DNA of 64,000 nt from Phoronis australis (Eukaryota; Animalia; Phoronida): the NCBI GenBank assembly GCA_002633005.1, contig NMRA01000958.1, forward strand, positions 5,162 through 69,161. Reading direction: 5' to 3'. Below the pieces are notes generated by a model. That model was not told the origin of the DNA. It saw only the letters and a program-made list of their open reading frames with translations, and ran no database searches. The translations under genes were made by a program, and so were the position numbers. Shown here piece after piece: positions 1 to 11,700 of the stretch (positions within the stretch are counted from its first letter, which is position 1; each line of letters begins with the position of its first letter).

Positions 1-62
1 AATTTCAACTGTCCGCCATATTGTGTCCCATTTTGTCCGAGCGTCGAGTTTGGATTTTCAGT

Positions 63-869
63 TGTGGAGAACACTGTTACTACTTCATAACACAGGAGGT
101 AAAATAAAATGAAACATGATAATTATATGTACATGGGGACATAAACGATTATAAGAGAAGTAGGGAGACGGGTGAGTCAAGATTAGGGGAACAAGATAAA
201 AATGTGTGCGGTGAGATCGAGTTACACGTACCGGGAGCCATTATGAGGAAGTGACGTGAAATCGGCATGTGGACGAATAAGAAGTCCAAAGGACACCAAT
301 TTGTCAAAAGTCACACGAATAGACACGGGTGAGGAGACAGAGATTGGATCGGGTCCCGGGGGCTAGAGTGGTACCCGAGAGGCCCAAGAATTGGCTTGAC
401 AAGACGGGGATCGAACCCGAGGCTAAATAGGGCAAGAGACCGAGCATGGCTGAGGGCAAAATGGCCCAGCCAGCGGACGTAGGGTGATCCCAGAGAAAGG
501 CCGTGAACTGGCATGACAGAGCGGAGGGAGGAATAAAAACATGCTTACCGGGAACGTAGGAACTGGGATCGGAGAACGCAAAAAATTGAAGAGAGATTAG
601 CTCGAACCTAAGTGCTGCAAAGCGAAGTACTGATGGCAGGAAATATAACTTTCTTGAGAACAAAGGAGCCCTATGACACGTGACAATCATCAGCCTATGG
701 GAGCCAGGAGCTGACCAAACTCGTGGCATACAAACGAACCAATAGTGAGGCTGGAAATGGAATGTCCTAGTGCCTTGAGTGCAGGAGGACCGCATGCGAA
801 TCTACACAAGGGCTTATTGGACCAGTCCGAAAGATGGGGGTATAAGAGGGACGAGTCCATGTTCTCACA
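63..869. mobile_element. Possible solo LTR
   Basis: TGTGGAGAAC...GTTCTCACA termini (TG..CA with short inverted repeat), about 800 bp, purine-skewed, internal AATAAA at 532; TSD is poor (tcagt/taaat). Confidence 0.35.
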
Positions 870-1539
870 TAAATATATTTAACGAGTGAAATATCATTTA
901 TCACTTAATGAGTAACAACAGCGAGGCTGAAATTTGGTGAACACTTTCACCGTAAATTGTTGGCGAAAACAATTTACCCAAAGTTTTAAACTCGTAACTT
1001 ATACCGCTGTCCTCCAATATGGCCGACGCGATCCAAACAAAGTGAACCAAATTTCGCAACAATAATTGCAATAACTTAATAGTGCTTGCCCCGATTTTGA
1101 TACGATTTTTACTGAGTAGGATGCACTACCTTTCCGATGATAGCAAAGCACTTTTTCAAAACGAGAAACAAATCAAAACGGAAAAATTGGTTCGACTCAT
1201 ATTGGTTCCTAGGTTCGACCGTCCTACGTAAGGAACTAAACACCAATGCTATTTTAACATAATAAGTACGCGTAATATTCCAGACAAATTCAACGACCAC
1301 TAACAGCAAACTATAAATACATTACACACACAAACGAATCACGAGATATTACTAATAAAACAACATAATGAAGACTTTTCGAGCAGGCGATTGCACATTC
1401 AGTTACAAGGAAAAAATGGCGGCGTTCAGGACAAGTTCCTGAACTGATGAGCCGGGAATGTGGGTAACCGATGACAGCCGGTAATTATACGCTCATAGAG
1501 AAGGGTCAAATACCGTTAAAAATCGCTTTTGGCAATTAA

Positions 1540-2459
1540 GGCGAAACGAATACAAACAAAGGGTGTCGAAAATAAGATTTTACGTAGTAAGTCATTTTCA
1601 GATACTGGAACCACATGGGCAGTTTGAGATCTGGACTTTAAATATAGGCTACCGCATTGGACAATGCATTTCGTCTATATCTAAATGATTCATTTGTTGG
1701 AAAGGGTTTAGTATTTTAGTACGTAGATGTGGTCTTAGTTAAAATCCTTGTCGACAAAAGTGGTCATAGACGGACAAAAACACTTATTTTTCTCTTTGTG
1801 ATCTCACGGGTAATTGGCACATGGGACGCCCTCTGACGGCGAGCATGTGGGCACCTGGTGTTCCTCCGTCGATATAATTTAAACTTGTCAACTTATGAGT
1901 CACGAAAATATTCCTCTTGAACTAGTGATGGAGGTTTATTGATGCCTGCTATGTAAATGTCACAGAGGTTATCCCCACCATTTTCTCGTGTGCATGAAGT
2001 TCACCGTGCTGTTGCTTGGCATAGCTATCCTCCTCTACAACTAACGATCTCTTCCGGACGACCAAGACATGTCGCAGTTTCGTTTCCAACTCCTTCGCAA
2101 ACTCGCGACAGTATACGGGTGATAAGTCCAGTGCCACACAAGACATGCTACGCTAGACTGTAATTTCGCCACGAAGACCAAACATCAACTTCTAAAGCCA
2201 CGAGTTTCAAGTCTTGTTGTATAACTGTATTACAAGAGGAGAATGGGAATTGCACCTTACGCGGACGGTGACACACCGCAGTTTGCAAAGGAAGTCAAAA
2301 GTATGAGTCACTTTGCCTGCATTGCAGTTGTCGATATTTACGTTGTCTTAAACAACCAAACGTTTTGTTGTGTGAAGGAATTATCCTGGAATTCCATTGT
2401 AAAGATCTTTAATTTTAATAACAGTGCGCCATACAACTAGTTGTCGCCCGTTTATCTCC
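1540..2459. mobile_element. Non-autonomous TTAA-flanked (Kolobok-like) element
   Basis: TTAA|GGCGAAACG... at the left and ...CGTTTATCTCC|TTAA at the right; imperfect short TIR; shares its right TTAA with the next element. Confidence 0.4.
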
Positions 2460-2463
2460 TTAA

Positions 2464-4310
2464 AGGAGCACGCCACCCAAAAAACAACCTAATTTGTATC
2501 AATTTAGATCGAGTAGTTCTACTCCATAACGACACGTACGGTTGCGTTACCTGACACCCAACGGCAGACGGAGGTTTTGAAATTATCCAATGACGTCATC
2601 GGTTTCACATGCAGTCCGTTCAGCAGTTCACAACACGGGTTACTGGTGTCAGCTTATCGCTTGAAGTCATCGTTTAACACCAATAAATCATCAAACTTCG
2701 ATGTAAAACCCTTAAAAATACACCGAGTTCTTATAAAAACGTGTTGTTTTATTTCGCTTTTACGGATTTATTGGTATTTGGACACACCGTAGCAGTGCAA
2801 AGTTCGGCAGGCCAATAAGGTTCGTAGCAGGAGTTTGGGGTCTGTTCGGAGATAATTTCGAAGTATTTTCCGTGAAATACAGACAGGACAACCTAGATCT
2901 GTGTTGTTTAGAATTGTGGTTTTTGAGTTCTAAACACAAAACACTTGTCCTCCTGGCTTGTGGCACTTAGCCCGCATTACAACGTTCTGTCGTTCAGTAA
3001 CTTTTCCAGACGTGAGGGGTGCTGAACGTGCGATAACATCTGGCTCTTTTGTTAACTGCCCAGCTCAGTCTTTTGTCCCGTATGATACCAAGCAGGCCAA
3101 TTATCTCCCAGGATTCAAAGGAAACGTATGGTGGTTGCACGCTATTACCGCCTGAACGCGTCTTCCGAACACTGTCAAACACAGTGCGTTGGAAATCCGT
3201 TTGGACAGAATAGACTGTCTCAAATTCTGTTGTAGTTTGGCGATTTTGGTGATTCAAAAACGGGACATGATCAGCATTTGACGAGGAATTCAATTCAGAA
3301 ATGCTATTGGTTTAAGCTCAAATATGTTATAACTTAATTTTCAATTTTATCAGCCCAGCCCAGTCAGGCTACATACGATCTGATCGGATATTAGAGCAAT
3401 TAACGAAAAAAAGAGCGCAGGCCCTCCAACCAACAATGCCAGAATGGAGTTAATCAGTCGTGTAAGGTATTGGGGCTACGGGGGTAAACTTCCCAAGTTG
3501 TTGTTTGGCTATAGAATCGAACAAGTTGGGAGCAACGAGATGTCGCCGTCATGGACCAGACCCGTCGCGGCCGGCCGGGATTGACTCGTTATCCCGGCCA
3601 GTGGCTCGGAAACTGATCAGACATTACGAACATAAACCAGCCAAAGTTCAGTGGAAACTAAACTTCCAGTCTAGAAAATACTATACTAGTGAGCCAAAGT
3701 AATGTGCACCTGATCATTGGTGAATTAGCCACGAAACAGAACGTTCAGTAATAAACGCCAACAGGCAACTCGCAATCCCGACTTAGGACGAGCTAGAGCT
3801 CATCAGTCCCGACTTCGCAGGTGGATCGTTAAGTTTTACAGGTTATCAATTCGAACAGGAATACAGTGATGAAGAAATACTAGAGAGGCACCGTGAACAA
3901 GCTCTGACAAAGAACGTATGGAGTTATTTGGTAAGCCGGCATTCAGGCACTGTGGACGTCTGCAGGCCACAGACACGGAGATGTTTCACGGCCTCGTACT
4001 TGCTATTTACATTTCATTCTTCACTACCATGAGCCACTTCCTAAGCATTTCGGACTCTCGAGGAAGTAAAAAAAAACGGTATACCCGCTTTCCTCGCAGC
4101 TGTTTAATTCGGACAAGCGGGAACGATGCACCGCAACATAGCGGCATTCACTCTGCATATGAACCACTGACGTCGCTAGCGTCGTTTCTTACCTTCCTCA
4201 CAGGTTAACGCGACACCTCTTGGCAAGGTAAGGTCGACCGTATGCGAGGCGATGTGGATATAGACCGATTAAGACGACAAAAAACTATTTAAATCGGGTG
4301 GCATTCTCCT
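2464..4310. mobile_element. Kolobok-type DNA transposon derivative (TTAA TSD) with THAP-like and KolX-like remnants
   Basis: TTAA at 2460-2463 and 4311-4314; TIR AGGAGCACGCCACCC / GGGTGGCATTCTCCT with subterminal inverted similarity. Minus-strand QFP..RRVW..R..*VP..TSVLC (THAP-like, interrupted by an insertion) and plus-strand GYQFEQEYSDEE at about 3840-3880. Confidence 0.65.
2985..3537 (+). repeat. Dispersed repeat copy, homologous to 9912-10385
   Basis: Shared blocks TGTCGTTCAG..GTGAGGGG..GAACGTGCGATAACATCTGGCTC and GCCAGAATGGAGTTAATCAGTC..GTAAGGTATTGG..GTTGGGAGCAACG. Confidence 0.85.
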
Positions 4311-4314
4311 TTAA

Positions 4315-5283
4315 GGTCGCTATTTGGCAGAATTTTTAGAACGCCATAAAGCAATAAAAAGCTGGGAGACTTACGAAATACACAGATTCGATGTTGATGC
4401 ACTATCTTGATATGAAGGTTCCTGACAAACACACTCGGCATTCGAAGACATGAAATCAGTGTGAGCTCAGTATTCACGACAGGTCTTTGTTAGTCAGGGT
4501 AAAAACTTTGATTAGATTTACAGTTTGAGATACACATTATTCGACACTAAAGTGGTTAGAAAACTAAATCGCGATCCAATAAAAGGTTTTAATTATCACT
4601 ATGAAATCAGGACTGTCCGTAGTCTGAGAATAGGTGCCGACCGGCTTCACTCGCCGAATAAGCTGGTACGCGAGATGATCGTGTTCGCACGGCCTCAAAC
4701 ACGCAGTCAGCCCGCGGATATAACGGTCTCATTACTGTTTCACCTGAGTCGTCTTGACCACATCTTCATATCCGACTTCATAAGACTCGTCACCCTCGCT
4801 GTCAAAGTCTTGACAACTTACAAAATCACTACTATCCCACATTGCATGTCATTTAATCACCGTCTTCCACCATAGTCTATGCTTCCACTGATGACAACAC
4901 GTGGCGAGAAACAAAAAATCAATATTTTTTAAATTCAAAATTCCTCAACTGTTTTCCAAGATATATGCTTGTTTAGTTATATTTCGTGTTAAAAAATTGT
5001 TATACACGGTCTAAGACCTCAAAAAGTGCAAACATTCATTGTAGGAATGCTTTAGAAGTCCTACAAAGTACTAATTTGGTCACGTGGAAATGAAGAAATT
5101 TCGTGTTGACGCAATCAGCAAACTCTATTGGGTTCATGATTTGAGCATTTGCAATTAGGGCCCTCCCAACATTAAAAAAAACAAAACAACGGGTACCACC
5201 CAAAGTAAACTTAACCAATGGTTTCCAAAGACTGTCCCGTTAACACATAAAGAACACCATGAAAAATGCAACGGAAATTACCC
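4315..5283. mobile_element. Possible third TTAA-flanked element
   Basis: TTAA|GGTCGCTATTT... and ...AAATTACCC|TTAA (5284-5287); weak TIR. Confidence 0.3.
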
Positions 5284-5715
5284 TTAAGTGAAGTAGCACT
5301 AAGCAGTGATGAAGTCCTGATAAAGAACGGGACTTCTGTTGCCAACACAGATTAACCCCTGTAAGCATTGTGCAATTATCACTGCAAAAAGGAAATTGTA
5401 TCACTCGTGTTATTCCTAAGGCGAATAGAACTGTTAAAAAACAAAATAATAAAAAAATAAATATTTAGTAACCAATGGCACATTTCATATGGCAATATAC
5501 ATGGCCTAAACTATAATGACTTAGGTACATGTATATACATGTAGAATCAGGTTTATTCCAACGTGAATCCAAGCACCATTGACTGACATATGCATGAATA
5601 CAATTGAATGTCAATTTCAATGACACAAATATTTGGTCTTTGGTTACTGCAAAACGCTTACAGTAATAGACATGCCTTGCATATCATAACAACATCTCAC
5701 AATTACAACAGGGAA

Positions 5716-8700
5716 TCATAGCTTAGACTTCCTTGTAAGCCACTCAAAGTCTTGCTGCTTTCTTTGTGAAAATGTGTCAATTAAAACATTCAACAGACTA
5801 GGTTTACACCTGTCAGCCAGAGCTGACTTCAGCGACTCTCTCAATTCCGATGGTGTCCGGACAAAATAACTATTTCCACCAAAAGCTTTCATTACTATTT
5901 CGTAGTGGACACTGGGCATCAGCTGAGTTGGAGGATTGCTGCAACAAGATAAATTAAAAATTGTATAAGGCATATGAAAGAAGTGTTGAACAATTGGCAA
6001 ATCTGTATAAAGCATATGAATGAAGTGTTGAACAATTGACAAATCCGTGTATCCAAAAAGACATTCCTGCTCGCAGAGAACAGGTTTTGCGATCTATTTC
6101 AAGGAAAACCCTGCAAATTGTTGATTCAAAAATGGTGCAGGTATCCATTTCCTGTGACCTGAGTAGCCAGGTCATTTGGTAGCTACTCATGATAAGGTGT
6201 GCTTGGTAATTTTTTTAGGCCCAAAGCGCTTTGGTTAACAAGAATTCAACATTGACAGCTAAACAGGGGCGAATTGAAGCTTAATAATGTCATGTAAATG
6301 TTTGTGTTCATCAAGTCTTATTAATGTCATATGAATGTTTGAGTTCATCAAGTCTTATTAATATCATATGAATGTTTGAGTTCATCAAGTCTTATTAATA
6401 TCATATGAATGTTTGAGTTCATCAAGTCTTATTGATATCGTATGAATGTTTGTGTTCATCAAGTCTTATTGATATCACATGAATGTTTGTGTTCATCAAG
6501 TCTTATTAACATCATATGAAGGAAACTGATAACACTGACCGAATCTGAAATGTGCCTTTTAAAGTCAAACTAATCTTGTGAGGTCTTAGAATCAAGTGCT
6601 AAATATTTATAGTAGCGCAGTGTTCTCACCCAGTTCTGGGGTCAGTCTCCCTGGTCATTTCCGCATAAGTCTCCTCATCAACACCCTGACCAATACCATT
6701 GTTGTTGACCACAATAAACACAATAGGTAGCTTGTACCTGGAATGAAATGAAGACATTGAGGAAAGATATTCGCTTAGAGCCTGGTGCTTATAACAAGAG
6801 TTTCAAAGAATCATACCATTGCAAGCCATATTAACTTCATAACACCATACCTGCAAGCAGTTTCTAGTTCCATTCCAGAAAAGCCAAATGCACTATCCCC
6901 CTCCACACAAATCACTCTCTTGTTGGGTTCCTTGTCCTGGCAATAGAGGGCAGCAGCGATAGCAAATCCAAGGCCAACTCCCATGGTACCAAACGTGCCA
7001 GCATCTAATCTGCAACACAGCATAGGTCAACTGGTTAACTTTGTCGAAAATAAATCTACAGTTTGCTGTTATTCTGAATGAAATAAATTTCTATTGATTC
7101 GGGAAAGCCACAAGAGTGCTGTTTCAGAAGCATTCCTGGAAGTAATTTTGTATGCAGTAAGAATATTCGAGGGGTCTTTCAAAAAAAGATGGGGCACATT
7201 TGGAACCTTTTATTGTGCCATCAGTGCCCTCTTTCAGCTATGGACATTTCTACTAGGAATGTTGGAAGAAGAACCTTTCACTTTGTCAGCAGCATGGCTA
7301 TACAATGCATGGCTATACAATGCATGGCTATACAGTGCATGGCTATACAGTGCATGGCTATACAATGCATGGCTATACAATGCATGGCTATACAATGCAT
7401 GGCTATACAGTGCATGGCTATACAGTGCATGGCTATACAATGCATGGCTATACAATGCATGGCTATACAGTGCATGGCTATACAATGCATGGCTATACAA
7501 TGCATGGCTATACAGTGCATGGCTATACAGTGCATGGCTATACAATGCATGGCTATACAATGCATGGCTATACAATGCATGGCTATACAATGCATGGCTA
7601 TACAATGCATGGCTATACAATGCATGGCTATACAGTGCATGGCTATACAGTGCATGGCTATACAATGCATGGCTATACAATGCATGGCTATACAGTGCAT
7701 GGCTATACAGTGCATGGCTATACAGTGCATGGCTATACAATGCATGGCTATACAATTACTGAAGTCTGACCAGGCTTCTATTGACTAGTGATCAACTTGA
7801 AGTACTTTTAATTAACATTATTTTTAAATGTTGAAATACTAAACAATCTCCCTATTATCCACATGTATCAGACACGCAAATGAACCTGAAAGAGCCCATA
7901 CAGGTGCTTTTTGAGCTAAGCCTCCAAAAGAGCCACCATGGGAGTGTTATATTGGTGGGAGCTCCTTTGAACATCCTCGGTATTACAAAACGATTATCAA
8001 GTATCGGGAATTACCTGTGACGAGGAAATTTATTAAGAAGCACCGTCCTGCCAATGTCCATTGTGTTGGCACCCTCACTTACTATAATGGAATCTGATGG
8101 AATGACGTTGTGAATCTAGAAAAAGAAGACTCTGAGGCAGATTGTAAAAAGGCCACACAAATAGTAGACAATGCAATGCAGTTTTGATGAGTTGGCTATA
8201 TTGCAAATGTATAAGTTTCTCCTCAGAAGATTTTGCAGGCCCTAGCACACTTGATCATTAGTATGGTTAGTTTTGTATTGATCTAACGAGCTCTAAAAGC
8301 AAAAATTGAGGATGAACAAGTCAGTTTGATGCACAACCAAGTGGCAAACTTTTTACACTAACCTACTGCAGAAACACATACAAAATTTAAGTCTCCCATT
8401 ATAAAATACTGTCATCCAACAATTCAAAGCAAACGGTTACCTCATGGAAAACTTTGTAGTAATTCATTGGCACAGTTTCGTCTTGGAAATAATCCTAAAA
8501 ATGTACAGGGCAGTGGTGATAAACAATATGTAAATGTTCGAGACAATATACCTGAAATATACAGGGCAGTGTCAATAAACATGTTGTTTGAGACATATAA
8601 TATATACAGGACTGAGGTAATAAACATGTAAATGTCTGAGACAATATACATAAAAATGTACTGGGCAGTGGTAGTGAACATACAAATATCTGAGACAAAA

Positions 8701-11700
8701 TACCTAAAATATAACGGACATTGGAAGTAAACAAGACATGAAAAAACCCAGACACTATAGCTGAAAATATACAGGCCAGAGGTGGTAAGCACGTAAATGT
8801 CTGAGACAATGTACCAAAAATATACAGGCCAGAGGTGGTAAGCACGTAAATGTCTGAGACAATGTACCAAAAATATATAGGGCATGGGTAGTAAACATGT
8901 AAGTGCCAAAGACAATAAACCTTACAAAATACAGGGCAGTGGTAGTAAACAATCATGTAAATGCTCAAGACAATGTATCGAACACCGAGCACAAGCCCTG
9001 GTCCTCTATTCTTTAAATCAAGTATATGGTAGTGATATTCAGATGATATGAATTTTAATAACATGCTCGTTTACACAAACAAGCAATGAAACCCACTTGT
9101 CCCTAACTACTCCAGATAAGAAACCATTACAAAACTTTTTTAAAATGGATTGTTCTAAAACCCATTCGAACCCCACACCCTACGACTCTCTCGACCCACG
9201 ACCCCCTTCACCCATAAACCATGACCAATGACCTACTACCCCATCGATCCACAACCTGTGGCAATAGATGTATGCGCTTTTTACACATTTCACAATCATA
9301 CTACCTCGCTGAATGACTTTCCCATAAGACTTACCTAGACGCGAATCTGCTTTTGCTCATGTCTGGTGGTTAAAAACATAAAGTGACGTAAGAACATGAT
9401 CTGAAATAGCGAATTGTGAGCGTGGTGTCGTCACGGAAATAGTTCCACGAGCGGCTAACAATGGCCTCATTTTACTAAATTTGAGGAGAGAGTATGTTAA
9501 CATCAATGGACATAATTTCACATTGTTTATTATTTGCTTTCTGTTGTATACTGACATTACTCCATGTAATGTTGTGATACTTTTTTAGTTAACAGCTTAT
9601 TTTTTCAAACTGTATTTACTGATTAAGAAGTTACATATTTGTCGGTTCCTCGCACTCTCCCAAAAAAGCTTGAATCTGCCATCCACTGAAGAGCAGACGA
9701 GGCGATTACACTTTGTTGGAAACATTTGTAACGCTGGTAGGTATTTGATTTGAATTGATTTTTTTTTCTGTTTTGGTTTTCAAACTTGCAAAATCGACTC
9801 TCTTAATTGCAAGAAAAACAGGGAAAAGCCAGCCGAGCTCACGGCCGGATTTGGTGGTCCTGCAAGTTAGCACATGTTCTATGTCTAGACTGTGTCGAGG
9901 GGCGTGACGTCGTTTTGTCGTTCAGAAACTTTTCCAGGTGTGAGGGGTTCTGAACGTGCGATAACATCTGGCTCCCTTGTTAACTGCCCAGCACAGTCGT
10001 TTGTCCCATATGATAACAAGCAGGCCAATTACCTCACAGGTTTCAAAGGGTTACTGAAACCTGGCAGAATGGACTGACTTAACATCTGTTGTAGTTGGGC
10101 AATTTTGGTGATTCAAAAATATATGATCAGCATTTGACAAGGAATTCAGAAATGCTATAGTTTATGTTCAAATATGTTATAACTTATTTTTCATTTTAGC
10201 AGCACAGCCCAGTCAGGTTAGATACAATCTTATCGGAGATTAGAGCAATTATTGAACAAAAGAGAGCTGGCCCTCCAACCATGACTGCCAGAATGGAGTT
10301 AATCAGTCATGTAAGGTATTGGCTACAGGGTTGATCTTCCCAACTTGTAGTTGGGCTATAAAATCGAACATGTTGGGAGCAACGGGAAAACGCCATAATG
10401 GGTTGTGGGCCATGAGTCGAGGGGGTCATGGGTCAAGGGGTCGTGGGTTGAAGGGATCATGGGGTCTGGGGGTCGAGGGGGTTTTAGAAAAATCCCGTTA
10501 AAAGAGCATTTGCATAGCACCCAAAACTGTTCTGTGAAATTTGACAAAAAAATCATACTCCGAAATTTCAATTCACAGTCGAGCAGTGAAGACCAGTCAC
10601 ATGCTGAGTGCAACAAATCACTAAGCACCATATTAGTAAACATCTTTAGGATTTTGCCAATCAGATTCAGCCAAAACAACAGCAAACAACAAAGCCGCCA
10701 CATGCAGAGCAGCTGCTTGAAAAGGTCCAAGTTCATACTTACAGAAGACATTTTTTTGTTGGAATTGACCTTCTCTTGTAGAGATTGCCACCAGGGGGCA
10801 GATGTTGCAAGGACAGTTTTTGAAGGTTGCTTCTCAAGACATTCGTTCATCTTAAATTTAAAGTTTTAACAATAAGTGTCAGGTAATTGATTATGTATCA
10901 TTTACATGATCTTCAGATAAAAATTTAGATTTACACTATTTACCATGACTTTAAAAATAGTTTCCAATTACTCACACTCGAGACCAAATGGTTGGGAAGA
11001 GTTGACACTGCACTATTGTCTGAGGCCAGGCTGAAAAGGTTGTCCAAACCCAACAAATAGGATCATTTTAACGCACAGAGTACTGCCATGTATTCCCGTG
11101 GGCAGAAATTTCTTCAAATTTGATAAATAACGTAGAAAATATATCTGAAACTAAATAAGGCGATCCAGATCCTCCCAAGGATACTATTGTTTCATGAAAT
11201 GTAGAATATAAATCGGTAAATAAAACAACAAGAATGGATCAACTGAAATTTGAAATTTTCGGATGAAATAACTTCCTTTGTCAACAAAAACAGAAATAAA
11301 GAAAAATCAAACACAAAATGACAATTGACATATAAGATATGGTGTAATGAATATGATACATTTTTGCGTAAAAAATTCAATGATATATTTTAAGAAGTTT
11401 TTATGCCCAATCCATGAGGTTCTATTGTATTAAGCTTGTCTATCCAAAATTGTTCTCTTTTGAGTCTGTGAGGGGTACTGGGGTGTTGGAGTTTTTCTAT
11501 TATTTGTACAGAAAGATCTTGAATATTACGGTTTTTGGAATTGAAATGATTACCTATAGTATCAGAAATGTTTTTATGTATTATGTTAAATCTATGATTA
11601 CAAAACCGAGTTTGTAGTCGAGATTATGTTGAGTTTGTCCTACGTATTGGATAGAAAATTTTTTACAAGTTATAAGGTAAATAATATTGTTGGTGGTGCA

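Noticed and set aside
304-795. 163-aa minus-strand ORF
   Set aside because: No recognisable motif; lies inside a probable LTR with skewed composition.
7094-7788. Long periodic ORFs (AWLYN, MAIQC, HALYS and similar)
   Set aside because: They are translations of a 15-bp intronic minisatellite.
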